Part shown: piece by piece, positions 45,395 through 60,300 of the stretch
How positions within the stretch are numbered: position 1 is the first letter of the stretch
Layout: each line of letters opens with the position of its first letter
The notes under the pieces: model-generated
The model's database searches: none
What the model was told of the DNA's origin: nothing
What the model saw: the letters and a program-made list of their open reading frames with translations, nothing else
Program-made: the position numbers and the translations under genes
NCBI GenBank assembly: GCA_036172245.1
Contig: JAYWIR010000047.1
Span: 558,001 to 622,000 of the forward strand
Source of the DNA: Raillietiella orientalis
Lineage: Eukaryota
Length of the DNA: 64,000 bases
Direction: 5' to 3'

Positions 45395-46899
45395 AAGCAC
45401 GAATTCTGTGCTTGAATGAAATTCGGACTTTGCTCATCAAATCATTTTATACTTTTATACATTCTTGTTCACGCCTCAGTGTATTTACCAATCCAAATAT
45501 CAAAGGAATACATTTGATATTTGCACTGTCAATAGAAGCTGGCATGAATAGTCATGTGAGCAATCATCTGATAAAGAGCTTTAGTGGCATGGGCCTCCTT
45601 TCAAATACCATTCATCTTACGATGTTGCCATTCATGTACACCTAACATCGTAATTTACTCTAGTGAGTGGAAGTCAAATTATCATTTAGAATAAACGAAG
45701 CATACGTGCAATCCAACAAGAACCTGAAAAACTTTATGGAAAGTGACGGATTATCTTTATAATCCTCCGTTATTTATGTATCAATAAAAACGAGGTGTCA
45801 TTTGGCACTTCGAAAAAGTAAAGAGTATTACGTTCAGCAGTTCCTGCTGCATTAGTCATTCGTAATCGATTGCCAAAGTGGAAAATTTTCGGAAACTTGA
45901 ATTTATTAGAAATATGGCATATAGCAGCGCATGAACCTCAACTTTGAGATTTATAAATTTATATCCAGATTGATTGTACCAAGCACCACGATAAGGATTC
46001 AAGCTGAGGCGAACACGTATGAAGATTCATGATTTTGATCCGGATAACCCCTTCTTTTTTTCCTTTTTAATGTTAAACGCTTGTTGAATTCTTACTTTCT
46101 GCCCTGGACGCCTAGGAAGCAATTCTTTTCGTTTCCTTTACTGTGCTCAGTGAAAGGGGTTCATTAAACTTCAATCCTCTTTATTTTTTCTCCCACAGCG
46201 ATTTACATTAGCTACAAATTTTTTGGAAAAGAGAGTAACTTTTAAAAATGCCATTGTTCAACTAAATTTACGTATGTGCCCAATACACAGATTAAATGCA
46301 GTGAGACGCAATTGTTCACCGAAGTCTTCTGAAGTATCTCGTTTGCATATTAAGCTTCCCCCCCCCCCCCCCTTCCCATTAAGGGCCTCTGGGTTAATCC
46401 CTGGAACAGCATCCGTGAAGTCGGAGCAGAAAATCCCCGAACGAGAACTGCATCTAAGAAAACTGGAGCTAAACGGGTCCCAAACCGTGCTTCCAGAAAT
46501 ATGCCGGCATCAGTACCGAACTGCAGCAGCAATCGACAACGGAACACGTCCTGCGTGTGCACGCAGGAATTTCAAAGGAATTACCACAACCGAGGATCGG
46601 ATGCTGTTTCCACGGAGACTACGTAAGCGGGTCCTGCAGGCCACGGAGTAACTTCATCCCGAGCGCGGCAGTCCCCCAACAGTTGAACACTCCAAGGAAG
46701 CAGTTGTCAATTATTTTCGTGTAATGTCTTGAGTCGGGAAATCGAAGCCTTGAATCGGGTAGCTGTGCGTCAATTTCCATCCAGCTAGCTGTTACTGATA
46801 AGCAATTGAGACGAGACGGTATGAAGAAATGTTCAAGGAGGAGTTCGTGTTCCCTTGATGCAGTGTGTGTAACGTGGTTGATTACATTTTGTGGTTTTC

Positions 46900-49800
46900 A
46901 TGGCATCTAATATACCCCTTGGCCGCGTCTTGCACTCCAGAAAACCGAATTCTCCAGTGGCAATACAGGACTTTGAAGAATTCGAAAAATGCCAGGTAAG
47001 TCCATAAAAATTAGCACGCCCCCACGTGCCCGAATATCGATATATGATGGTACACATTTGTAAATGTCTGCAGATGAAACATTCTGTAAGTGCTGGTAAA
47101 ATCATGATGTATAGATTTGCATAGAACCGCCGTAACAAGTGGGCCCAGTTGATCTCGAACAATAAGCAGTTTGGCATAACAAAACATTTGCATCTGAATT
47201 CAGTTTTTAGCCAACAAGAGCTTAAGTGATCATCGTATATAAGCCCATTCGAGATTCGAGATTATAAATAATGTGAACTTTATCATTTACAGTTTTAAGG
47301 TAGTGTATTTGAAAGTTATTCAGTGAGCATACATATTTAAGATTAGATGGGATGATTATGATGATTTCTCCTTTCCAGAAGCATTAACAACGGCTTAGGA
47401 CTATTGTTATAATGGATATATATAGTCAAATATCTTCAATTTTGTATCACATAATTATTTATTTGTGTTATTTATGCAATATTTTTTTTGCAGCTGTTAG
47501 CAATCACAAAGGCAATAAATCCAATGGAATGTCCGGTAAAAGGCAAACATGTAAGAAGTATCCTTTGGGAAATGTAAAAAAGTTTGTGAAATAGTAAGAA
47601 AACAATATGAAAACTATCAAAGATTTTGACTCAAATATAAATGAGTGAATAATGTATTTGCATCCTCAAGTAATTTGATAAACATTCATTAGTACACATC
47701 TGCAATCTTAGGTTGCTCCTTTTGTATATTCATGATTCTTAATGATGATTAGCAGCTATCATTGGAACTTTTCAAGAAAAAGGTGGTGGTACGTTTTGGT
47801 CCATTGTACGCAAGTCTTTACCCCTTCAGGCAAATTGTATTGTGGCATGGAAATTCTGCCATGTTCTCCATAAAATTTGTCGTGATGGGCATCCTAAGTT
47901 CTTAAAGGATACTCAGAAATATCGGGACTTTTTACAAGATTTGGGCAAACTGTGGGTATGCATTTGTGTTGTCTGTGTGACTGCATGCTGGTAATCACAG
48001 TTTACAAGGTGTATTTGGTAGTTGTGCATAATAAACCTGGAGCATAGATGATATCATCTGAAATACAAAATGTATGGAAAATTATTCAATACAAAAGATA
48101 TTTCTTTGAATAGTTCTCTTTGGAGACGGTGACTGTTTGACATGTACAAGTGTATGTCTGTTTGCATGTGTTTTCAGGGACATCTGAAGGATGGGTATGG
48201 ACAGTTGATCCAGCACTATTGCACACTTTTGGATAGAAAATTAGATTTTCACCATAAAAATCCCCAGTTTCCTGGATCCATGCATTTGAGTGACAGTGAG
48301 CTCATCCAGATTGCTGAAGATAATGCAGACAATTAGTATGTGGAAAACAGTACATGAGGAAGTGCACTGACTATAGTTTCGAGATTTCAGCTGAGATGTT
48401 TGACTACATGGATGAAATACTGGGATTGCAGGCTGCAGGCAGGTCACCCTCAGGGGATGGCACACTGCTAATCTGGGAGCAGTGTTTGATTCACTCGATC
48501 AGTCTCGGGCGAATTCTATGACCAATGCGGGCCAGTGTCGTATTGCACCTCTCATCCCATGCATCATCGACTCCTCTCATCTTTACGACTATCTGGTCAA
48601 GATTTTATTTAAATTGCATGCTAGCATCTCAGCAGACAATTTGCGGGGACACCGAGAACGTTTCCAACAAGAATTCGTACTTCTGCAGAAATTTTATGTG
48701 ACCTGCAGTAACCTACAATATTTCAAAAACCTGATCCAGGTGCCCTTGCTTCCAGAGGTGCGTTCATCCATCTTTAGTATTTTTTTGATTAGCGTTTCAG
48801 CATCCACCGAATTTTTTAATTGCTTCCAATTTGAGTTTGCATGTTAGCCCTGTGGTGCAACTTCCTCCAGAGCCTGAAGAGGGTGTCTTAGTTGATACAT
48901 CATTTGTAGAAGAGTCTCTTCAGGATAACATGGACTCATCTGCTTCTCCAGAAAACAGGTAGGCTCACGTTGTATCAGCATGATGACAGGCATCTTTCAG
49001 TATTACAGAGGTGGCAAATCTTCAAAGTCAGGTTGATGCTTTGAAGACATGCATAAAAAACTTTCAGAGGATGATGCATGTTGCCTCTACCAAAAAAACT
49101 CAGCTTGAAAGGCAACTGCAAGAAAAGGTATATATCGTGTTTATTTAGTAATTTTTTTCATATACGGAGGATGCTTTTTAGGATGCACTCATAGAAGAAA
49201 TGCAGGAAACTAGACTGACTCAAACGCAGTGTGCACAGGATACTGAAGAAAAGCTCAAAAATTCTGAAAGTGAGTATGCAAGAAATCAGTATGTTTCATG
49301 TTCTCTCAGAAAAATTGCAGGGCGTGGAGGACAAATTTAACAAGCTGAAGGATGTCTACCAGCAGTTACGTGAAGAGCATATACGGCTTCTGAGGATGGT
49401 ACGTTCTGAAAGACCATGTGGAAGGGTTAATGGCAAGCTCAGAAAGCAGAGACAGACAAGCAGCTGCAACACATCAAGCAGCAAGATGATAGGCAAATTT
49501 TACTGGAAAAGTTGGCAGATTGCGAGTGTATCCTGGGGAGACAAACAAAGATCATAGAGGAGCTAAAGCTTGAGAAAGAATCGTTTGAAAGGGATCTCAC
49601 AAGCTTGACAAAACAGCAGCAATTAATGCAGATATCTACAAATGAACAAGTTGAGGCCATGAAAAGACAGCTGAAAACACAACAGGAAAAGGAAGCAGAA
49701 AATCAAAAGGACTGGGAAGCCAAGCTGCAAACATCAGAAAAACGATTAGAAGTATGTGAGATAAGTGATGACATCTAACAGTGTGCTGTAGGATGTTGCT

Positions 49801-51255
49801 GCTGCTTATGAGCTGAGAATTGCAGAAAGGGAATTTGCAGGCAAAGAATCCGAAGAATCTTTCCGGCACATAATCGGTAAGATAGCGATTTCCTGAACTA
49901 CAGAAATTCTAGTTCTTCAATAGATGATTCTGTTAGGACTTGTCGGAATTTACTGAAGGCTGTGTTGGACTCTGATTTTCAGTGGTCTTTAGAGTTTGTG
50001 CACTCCCTTGTTGGGGAAGGGAATGATAGTTTGCAGAAGCTAGAAGAGTCCAAGAATTGGCTATGTGCCCTGCCTAATCTAATCCAGAGTTGCGTTAAGG
50101 TATCACAGCTGAGCAGCTGGGGAATTGCAGCATCTCAACGTGTCTCTGATGAGTTCAAAGGTCAAGGTATGCCACAATATCAAGAGCATGTTTATTCTGG
50201 TTTGCAGCTTTGGAATCATCTTGCAAACAACTTGCTGCAGAGTTCATGAAAGCTTTGGACACTACTAATAGTCGGCAAGAAGCAGCTTGGAAGTCAAGTC
50301 TGCAGTCTGTGAAGAAAGAGATGGAGCACCTAGAGTGTATCTTGACACAACTACAAAAGTCATCTCAAGACACAGACACACGAGCAAGTTTAGAAGCTGA
50401 ACTGTTGGCCATGGAGTCAGCTATCGCAGCAGCTGCACAACATATGGAAGTAAGGGAAATCTTTTGAACCTGAAGGTAGTTTTTTTTTTTTTTTTTACCC
50501 CTACCCTAGGAACTTTTGAGTAGTGCTCGTAAAGACAACTCTGGAATCAAACTGGAAGTAAATGAGAAAATCTTGGAATCCTGCACTTCTCTGTTGGTTG
50601 CCATTCAGCATCTAGTGTTACGTGCTCGAGGTTTACAACAAGAAATTGTTGGCGAGGAGAAGGCAAGCAAGCAACTTGTTGCTTAGGTGCTTTAAATCCA
50701 GCTTTATCCAAAGGGGGACGCTGTGGTGCATCAGTTCTACAAACGCAATCATCGTTGGACAGAAGGGCTCATTTCAGCTGCTAAAGCTGTTGGCTTGGGT
50801 GCCAAGTTGCTGGTTGAAGTTGCTGACCGGGTAGCAACAGGTGGCGCCAGACTTTCAGAACTTATTGCAGCATCCCAAGAGATAGCAGCCAGCACAGCAC
50901 AGCTTGTGGTGGCATCTAAGGTTAAAGCAGATCAGAAAAGTCAAAAGCTTAGACTGTTAACAAGTGCATCACGCGAAGTTACTGAATCCACAGGCCTTGT
51001 AGTGGCAACTGCTAAAAGCTGTATGCAGCTCATTGATGAAAAGCAAGGTAAGTCAGCATGGTACATTAAAATTGTGCACAGAGACATCCAGATGAACTGG
51101 ACTTTTCCAAACTCACAATGCATCAGGCCAAAAAAATGGAAATGGAGATCCAGGTGCATCTGCTAGAATTAGAGTGTGCTCTGAATGCGGAACGCATGCG
51201 ACTTGGTCAGTTGCGCAAAGTGCATTATCAGCTTGCAGAAGAAAAGCAGCCTTAA
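46900..51255 (+). CDS. Hip1: Huntingtin-interacting protein 1 / HIP1R (Sla2 family), multi-exon
   Basis: ATG 46900; ANTH domain (KAINPMECPVKGKHVR; AWKFCHVLHKICRDGHP; SMTNAGQCRIAPLIPCI), coiled coil, I/LWEQ talin-like domain (FYKRNHRWTEGLISAAKAVG; IAASTAQLVVASKVKA); stop TAA 51253-51255. Confidence 0.95.
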
Positions 51256-51323
51256 CGAAACAGCACTTGCGGACAATTCTATTAGCAGCAGGCATATCTG
51301 ATTTTGAAAAGCTTTCCAGGAAG

Positions 51324-54300
51324 TCATTGCCGCATGAGATTAAAAGCCAGATCTTTGGTTAGGAATCTCTTGACAAATTGTTGGAGGATGGTGGGAGTCA
51401 GTTGCACTTCATCTACAAGCAGATAGAATTTGTTTTCTGATATGTCCAGAATGGTGGCCACTGGTGGCATCTGCTCCAGTCCAACAACATCTCTTATCAA
51501 CTGACTCACATGTGCCTTTGGATGATCTTTGATGGTTAACGCATATTTAAAATTTTTCTTACGTTAATAGCATAGAAGAATTGCAAAGTCCTATCGTCGT
51601 TCTGTTGATAAAAATCGTAATATTCTTCCGCAACGGGCCAGAGAAGATCTTCGGCTTTTTCAAAATCATCGTCTTCTCCTAAAATTAGGCTTTGAAATCT
51701 ATTACAACAACTACGATGCCTGTTTACTCAGAAACAGCACTAGGCAAGGCTCCTCGTACAGTTTGATAGCCAGGTTGTCAGTGAGTTCTTCAACCAGTCT
51801 GGGTCGCCATGGGAATTGCTGAATTGTATTCAAGGATGCTGTCGGTTCTTTTCTATAAGTAAAAGTAAAGACCTGCGCATCAGGATCCTCAATGACTTCA
51901 GTGCGCCCGTTGACAGAAACGATCTCATCATCTTTATCCAAAATGATCAGAGAAGGAATACTTTTAATCTGGAAAGTAAGCGTCAGCCGGCGTCTTATGT
52001 TCTCTTGATCATAAGGAATGCATATCCAAGGCATATCTGCTTTATATTGTTCAAATGATTGTTTGCTCCTACAAAATCTCAAATCATTATCACAGCAACG
52101 AGATACAGGGTTTTTTTTTAAAAAAAACTTTACATTTAGCACGTATGCCACAAAAAATTTCCAAGGCTGAGCAACTTTCAAAAATCATTCATTCACAAGG
52201 GAAGATGAATCACCGAATTGCGGGAGATTTTTTTGGCAATTGCTACGTATGTGAGAAAAAAGGCGACAGCTGAAAACTTTCCCAACCTTAAGAATACTTC
52301 TGTAATTAGATCATGCCCTAATGCTTCAAAGTTTGAACCCCGGAACCCTCTATATTTTTGAAAAAAGCTATTCTTTAAAAAGCATTCGATATATCAACTA
52401 ATTTGGTTCGGGATGTGGCATCACTGCAACACAGTCTGCGAACCTTGTCTGTGCTGCTGTTTCATCAACGTGAGAATTGAGTGAAGTACTTGAAACGTGA
52501 AATATGGCACTCCATTTGACCACTGGGAATTTAGAGGAATGATACTGAACAAGGAACTTTCTTTTTTATTGTACAGCATGCTAACACTATATAACTAGTC
52601 ATTTTACACTTGGCGCTTTGAACCCCGGAAGACAGTTGTAGTAAGTTCCCCAGTTTCACAAGATGCCCAACGACCTGGTTTCGGCAGGACCGCTCCTAAA
52701 GGCAAACTATCCTAAATACTACGAATTGGTGTCATCGATCTGACTTGATTTCTAAAATATCACATTCAGATGTTTTGGGAATTGAGACGAGTAGCTTACG
52801 CTATTTCCAAAGATTCAGAAACGGCATTCTCCTTAAGGAAGCATATTCCTTAAAACCTTGAAGAAATCGTGCATTTGGACAAAACTGACAGCACTTGCTC
52901 AACATGGTGACGTGTTAAAAGAGTCGAGTAGTGCTTCGAGCACGGTATACCATTTCATCGGCACAAATTTCAGCTGTATGAAGTGAGAGGGGAAGAAAGG
53001 AGCGAATTATTCCTGGAAGACTCCGACACCACACTTGGTGACAAATCGAAGACTCGATGTGAAGTACCAAGAGTTAAGAGAACACTTTGATTCAGGAGGC
53101 AAAAACGTACTAAAAAGACCTGTTCCTAACATACTTAATTGTGATTACATCGGGACAGCTCTTTTGAAAATTTCTGAGAATTCTGACTTCTGCATTCTAA
53201 AAAGCTACTCGAGAATGAAAGCATGTCTTAATTCTTGTGTTTCACGATATATATGGTGGAAGATGTGCTACAAAAATGTAAACAGCTAATAATTGAATAA
53301 TTAAAAAACATTTTTTCATAACGTACAGTGATTTCTGTTGCTAATGAAAACCAAGACTAAATTCTTATATTTCATACAAAGCGCTTAAATACTTACATAT
53401 AATATTTGAACTCTCTCTAACATCCACTCTAATCACCACAAAACCATCGGTCACTAACCGTTCTGGATGGACTGTTCCTTTGGTTTAAAACTAATTGAAA
53501 ACACTCATTCCTTTTGTTCCATTTTACAAATATCCAATGAAAAGTAAACTCGAACCAAGGAATAATAATAATAAAAAAACATTACTATAAATCTCACAGT
53601 TTCACAGTAATACTTCTATACATCTCTAGAAAACAGAAAGAAAAAAATACTATTATGAAACTAACCGATAAATTATAAAATGACCTGTTTGAAATATTAA
53701 ATACCAATAATTCATGTTGTTTGACACTTGCAACCAGAAGGAAAGCAACTAGAACTTTGATGGAACTTCAAATTTCAACTTTACTCTCAATCTAAGAAAG
53801 CAATAAAAGAGAATCCACAAATGCTCGATTTGGGTACCACAAAAAGCATTTTTCCGAGGAACCGGAAGAGTACCGTTTTCACTAACTCTCCCGTGAAACC
53901 CATAAAACACATCACAACGAGCAGCCATGGCAAACCTCAGTTCGGTATCCGAAACCCGCAGAAAATCACTCACAGGCAGAAACACAGATTTGCAAGACAA
54001 TTTCAAAAAATGCAAAATTGCCATCAAACCGGTGGAATCGTATGTGAGAAAGGAAAATATGAACGAGAAGACGAAAACGCTCCTTGAAAGGATGCACTAC
54101 GGCTAACAGGGCGTAGACCTTCTGGTTCAGATAGCGGGAGTCACCAGTCGAAGACAGCAAAAATGTCTTGACAACATTCCAGCTGCTGCAGAAGACCACA
54201 TTATCAAGACATCGGACATGGTATGATTCGTTGGTATGATTTGAAGATGAACGTGGAAGAATTGGACGATGCCTATCTATATAACATCTATCGATCTAAG

Positions 54301-57300
54301 CATTTAATTTCTGTATTTATTTGTTTATCGACAATCAGGAAGGCTGGAACGCAGGCAGCTTCCCTGAAATTTGAACGATCGCAGGACCAGTTGCACGCAA
54401 CAAAAATCTAGTTTCCAACTCTGGCATTTCTTGGCACTTTTAGCATACTGAAGAGCCATCCATGTCGCTAATAAACGGAACACTAGTGTTGTAGAAACAC
54501 GGGAAAGAAGAATGGCATGGAAAATTACAATTTTTCCTGTAAACACAACAGCTGATCGATGTTATTCGGGGAATTCTTACGTACAAGTTTATTCACAGAA
54601 AGTTCAAAACTTCTGGAACCTACGGAAATTCGGGAAATTGAGATCAATTTCCTTTGGAGAAAAAAAAAAAAAAGACCTATTCTAGCAACCGAACCTGTTA
54701 AGACATATCCGTCACATTCATTCCTATGGGGGAACTCGCAAAAACCCAATAACCTATAGTCTGAAATGATACACTTTGTTATTATTTTTTTTTTTTTGCA
54801 TAGCTTAAAAAATAACGCGCCAAATTTCCCAGATACACTGATCGAAACATGGCTGAAGAAATGCTGTCCAAGCTTGCATTCTAGTGTAACCTGCTTTGAA
54901 AACACATCTGATTCTCATATTCAAGCCGAAAAGTGTTTGGCATCTCGTACACATCTCGTTACTGCTCGTTGCCAGCGGCACTACAGACTTCAGTAGTGCA
55001 GTGGGCTGGACGCGGTTCTTTAAGTTTACATGGGGAAGTCATGCCAGCACGGACACGTTGCAAAAAAAAAAAAAAAAAACATAGCCAGAAATTAAAAAAA
55101 GAAACGCACATGTGACCTCTTGCTGCTGAAAGTCGGTCCTGACACCATAAATTAGCATACACATTAGAAAGTGGAATTCGTATTCTTGTTAATTAGAAAT
55201 TAGGTATTTAGAACGTGATGCGAGTCACAGATGAAACGGAAAGATGCTATCGAGGTAAGAAAACTACCACATTGCATCTTGCGAAATCAATAAACCCCAA
55301 AGCTGATGCCTAAAAGCAGGTCTGGAGCAGGCTGTGTGGCGTTTCACGAACTACTTGGCTTCGACTGTTTACCGAGCAGACACACCGAGAAAAGGAAACC
55401 TCCAAAACGATGAGATCCGATGGAAGTTGCCATCTCCCTCTGACACACCTACCGACCCGAAATTCGAGCATTTTTCCATTCGTGCTTCGCGTCCCGTCTT
55501 GCCATAAGCGCCCATTCTTAGTTTACTCTAGGGCGGAAGAAACTTTTGCGGAGGAAAACAAAAGTCCCTCTCGAGTTCGGGAAGAGCCAGAGGGGCAGAG
55601 GTTGCGAATAGTTCCAGAGTGGTCATCAGCCTTCGAGCGACGAAGATGCTTCGGAAGAATCGGACACGCCCTCGCCCCCGCCCCCCTTTCAATGCCGACT
55701 CGCCTCTTCCGGAAGGGAAAGTTGCAACTGCAGGTGAGAGGCGGAGACACGCGAAAAGTGGGGGCGTGCCTGCAAGTTTCCCATGCAGTTACGCACGCAA
55801 CGAAGAATTTTTTTCTTTTTTTAAATGCACTTCGATTTTTGAAAACAAGACAAAGTACTGACGACGGGGATTCAAGATCATGGGTGGCAAGGAGTGAACT
55901 GGAAATCAGTGTGTCCCTTTCACGAGTGTCCCTTCCCAAGGGTTTGTCTTTTCCCATTTCGATTCCCATCACAGTACATGCTGCTACACGAGACAACTAC
56001 ACTTATGCTCTTGGTGCTTTATGCTTGCTTTGATGGAGAGCATAAAGGGTGCGAGACGGTACGAAGGGCGCCAACCTACCTCTCGCCTCAGTGTTCAGTT
56101 GAACGTGACTTTTTTTTTTTGAGAAAAAAAAAAAAAAAACTTGAAAAGAAAAAAAAAACGACTGATGTAGAAAAAAAGAAATATCGATAAAATATGTAAC
56201 CAGTGTTACTGTTTTAAAAGACACGCGTGGGCAATTCTGTCAGGGCCTCGACCATTTCTTTCGATGTCCTCCGAACACGACGCAGGATTTGTCTCGCTCA
56301 CCAACGGCAAATTTTTGACTACGCAGTCGTGAAAATTTTCGCACACATTCATATCCTTAATGAGAACAATAACAAGATTAGTAACTAACCTATCCGAACT
56401 TACGAATATCACTTCGAACTCCTGACCTCTTTGTTTGAGCTTATGGTAAGCGTCACAAAGAACGGGAGTGAATCCCCTGCAAGGCGGGCACTAAAATAGT
56501 CACATTGGTCCTGTCATGAGTTTTGTTTTTTTCATTTTCATCATCATCTTAATTTTCTACAAGAAAGTCTGTTAAACAAGCATTACCTACCAGCCCCACG
56601 GAGTAGAGCTGCTGACGTGACTGGCTGTCGGGAGAGGAAATGCTGCTGCACGCAGACTGCAGCTCATTTCAGATGGTCGGCACAGAGAAAGAGTGCAACT
56701 CGAAAGCTGGGTCGGGTCAATTGGTCACTCCACTCACAAACCGAGTTCGCAAAACTTTCGAGCTCACGTGATCTTCGCAGGGCACGAGGAAAAAAAAATT
56801 CACTCTGCAGCAGTGGAAATCTCGCAGAAGGGAACACCCAAAGCTTCCGGGAGAGGGTCCATTTGGGGAAGGAGGTCTTCTTCTTCTCGTTTGCTTTCCA
56901 CCCCGAAAGGGTTGGGTTGCTTCACGTGCGTGAACGCTACCGACGTGTTTCTTGGATTGACTCTTCATTGCTTTTGCGTTTTCTTACTGGAGGCACGGAT
57001 GGATGTGCAAGCACCTGGGGGTCTATGAAAAGCTTGGATTCGTCTTCGAAGGTTCGGGGACAAGTTTTCCCTGCACTCGGAGAAAGGATAGAGACGTGGA
57101 CGGAAATTCACACGTCCTGTGATTGCCTTTCTAGGATGTGCTCTCATCCTGGTCCACAACAGGGCTCCCGGGTGGCCGGCAAGTCGCGTTTGATGCCAGA
57201 TCCATGGAAACGCGGTACCACGCGAAGAAGAAAATGGCGGCGCTCGGCCATCGGAGGCAGCCAGCGGTCGAAGATGTTGCTACCTCTCGTGAAAAATCAA

Positions 57301-60300
57301 AACAAGTTCCTGCGTGGACAACTTCTAGCATGGATGCGATCCATGAAGGACGCTGCTTCAACTCTTTCGTAAGAAGCCAAAAAAAAAAAAAAAAAAATGA
57401 AGGACAGAAACTCAGAAGTCATCGAAACACATTGCTTGAATCAATGCACCAGAGCTGTTGCTAATCGGTGTGCACAGTGATAAAAAGCACCTAGCGTAAT
57501 GACGATGGCGACAAACTGGGGACCAGAGCAGCAAAACAAAATCATTCGTTCTATGGCTGGTGCTTGACAGCCTGCAATATCGAATGTCCATCACCAGCTG
57601 ACAGAAAAGGGGGGACGCAGGGTCGTTCCCTCTGACTTATCTGGGGGAGATATCTGTAACACCGGTAAGGTGACCCAGAGATCCGCGAAATGCTCTTCAA
57701 AATAACCGATCTTTACAGAAAAGTAAAAGGCTACGGGATGGGTACAGCGCTGCCGTCATAGTGTTTTCGGGCTCTGTCCTTCGGATAAATCAATCTTCAC
57801 AACGTCGCATCGCACCAATTTGAAAACACAAAGGCGAAAACACTTCTCGGCGTGTATATTTTGCGGGTCGTGCATGCACCTGATGGAACACTGAGCCATC
57901 CAAATAGATTTCACGTCACGCTGGCATGAGGCATGCTGGGCAGGAGCGATTTGCTTGGACGGTCGGATCGATGGAACTGGGAATTGCCGTCCATCAGTTC
58001 CACGAGGAAGATTGCGAGTGTCTTGGAGATGCGCTTTCACAAATAGGCAAATTGATGATGAAAAGTGAAAGCAGCTCCACTGGCGATGAGAAACCTACTC
58101 GTTCGCACACGGCTCCAAAGGAACGGTAGTTAGATGATACGAGGAGACGGCCCTTGTCGCAGAAACAATCTTGACGACGTCGTTGCTCGCTTGACGACCT
58201 GCTCTGACAAGGGAACACGAAAATCTCTGAGCATGCAGGGAGGTCTTCGGATTATGAGAAAGGTGCAGGCAGTGTCACTTCATGTGATCCCTGAGCAAAT
58301 CCTCAAACGATCGGAATGTGGAAAACTGCAATTCTCGATGTTTTCCCAGATCACGTGATTTCCTTCATTCATCGCCATTCTGCAAGAAGCAAGCAGCACC
58401 TTCGTCGCTAACATCTTGAATCAGCTGCCATGAAGCCTCGGTCAAGCGGTGCACGCCGACTACCCGAACCCTTTGCAGTATCAACCCATGCGGAAGAGAA
58501 GGGCCTGCGGACGTGCAAGTGCCACTCGTGGTCACGCGGGTGGGAGACTGAATGGCTGCACACAGCTCCCGCCGAGGCGGTGGAGAGGGAGGGACGCACC
58601 AGCCGTATTCATAGCGCATCCTCGAAGCACGAACTGACTCTGTCTGGATTGGTGCGAAGTGCCCTTGCAGGAAAGCGCCCGCGGGACGGCAGCCCGTGAG
58701 TGCATGGACAATTTCGCTGCAAAACGTTCGGTTACGGAGGAGGTCCTGAGGAGGTCGCAAGCGAGGGTCAAGAGGCAAGCTGGGCATCCCCGTTTGGGAT
58801 TTTCCTTTCTCCGGGATCCGCGGGCTGTGAGCAAGCAGGAGGAGGATGTGACCCCGGCAGTGGAGCAAGGTCCACGGTGCTTCCGTTCACTCTCCGGTAA
58901 TTTGTCAACGGCTCAACCGGATTTGCAGGTTAAGAGAAAGAGCATTTTCTTGCTGCACCGGCTGAAAGTGAACTGTTGTGAGAGATCACGCCTCTGCTTT
59001 GATCGAACCCTAGTACCCACACAGCCTCCGCAACCAATCCCATGCACCACTGCTCATGGAGGAGATATTCAGAGAATTTCGGCAGTAAGAATCAGGGAAT
59101 TTCATCTTCGTACCGTTCCCGCTGTGGCAAAGGAGAAACCAGAGGTTTTATATAAATGCGGTTCCATTATTCCGGGGACACCGATATTCCCAGAAGAACC
59201 CTTGTGAGGTCATTGACCTTTGCGAGATTCCATGACATTCTTGACGAAAACTGCCATCCTCCTAGAAATATATCTGGATGCTTCTTCCCTCTCAATATCC
59301 GGAAGCTGGGATCGACAGATGCCAAGCGCCCGGGTATTTCCCGTTTTGTTCCTCGGCGCTGCTGCTATCCAGCCGTCCTATTCGGTCGACGAAGACGGAT
59401 TCGAATTCAAGGGAAGAAAGCGAATCTTCCCTGGAGTGCATTCGCGCTCAAAGCAAACAAACAAACAAACTCTAGAGGATTTGGAAGACCAAGGAGCGAG
59501 TCGAGATCATGTAGCTGCAGCTTCCGACCGAAAGTGATCAAGGAACCAGAGTTCCTTCTAGAGCTGAATTTCCGTGGCTCTCTCTCTCTCTTTCTTTTTG
59601 GAGTTTCGTCGATTACAGGAAAAGTTTGCCAACGGCAGTCACTTCAAGAGTTTGGCGTGCCGTACCTCCTCCGGTTTTGCATCGTTCCCGAGGGGACCGT
59701 TGCGCGAACCGCTGGAATGGACTTCAGACGTCAGCAGGTCCGACATTCGATTCCTAGAGCTTTCCCTTGTTTGCTGTGAAAGCAACACGAACAAACAGCG
59801 GGTGCAGGAGACGAGCGACCTGTAAACCCGGCAAATACTTTGGCGGCAAGTAAAAAGAGAATGCGGAGGACAGGCGATCAGCAGTTTCGGGACAAACGTA
59901 AACAGCGCGCGTGAACGCGGAAGATGCAGAGGGAGTGCGGTCAACTGGGAGTCACGGGGAGGAATCGGGCTCTCCCATTCAAGCATACTCAGGCGCGCGG
60001 GGACAGACAGTTTGTTGAAACATGGTTCACATGCGATGCTGAAAGCGGCTACAGAAGTGCGTATCTTACCCAGTGAGAAGCAAAGTAAAGTCCCTTGAAA
60101 TTGTCCTTTATTTCTTTGTACTTGATCATTTCTCCAGAATGTGATATCAGGAGCGTGTTTTCCAGGATTTCACTCAGGTGCGGTGGCCACCAAGGAAATC
60201 CGGCCCCATCGGGATGATCGATGACGTAATCTTTCCCGCTACTCGTGATCGCCTGCCCAGTTTTCGGGTCGATCAGGACCAACGAGGGGGTTCCTCTAAC

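Noticed and set aside
57635..57680. U1 snRNA-like sequence (ACTTATCTGGGGGAGATA..AAGGTG)
   Set aside because: Needs several gaps, and the stretch lies inside an RT-like coding relic on the opposite strand; likely chance.
58690..58710. HALTGC as an Academ/XPG-type HAxTGCD motif
   Set aside because: The Asp and the following GKGK motif are absent; the context fits a LINE C-terminus.
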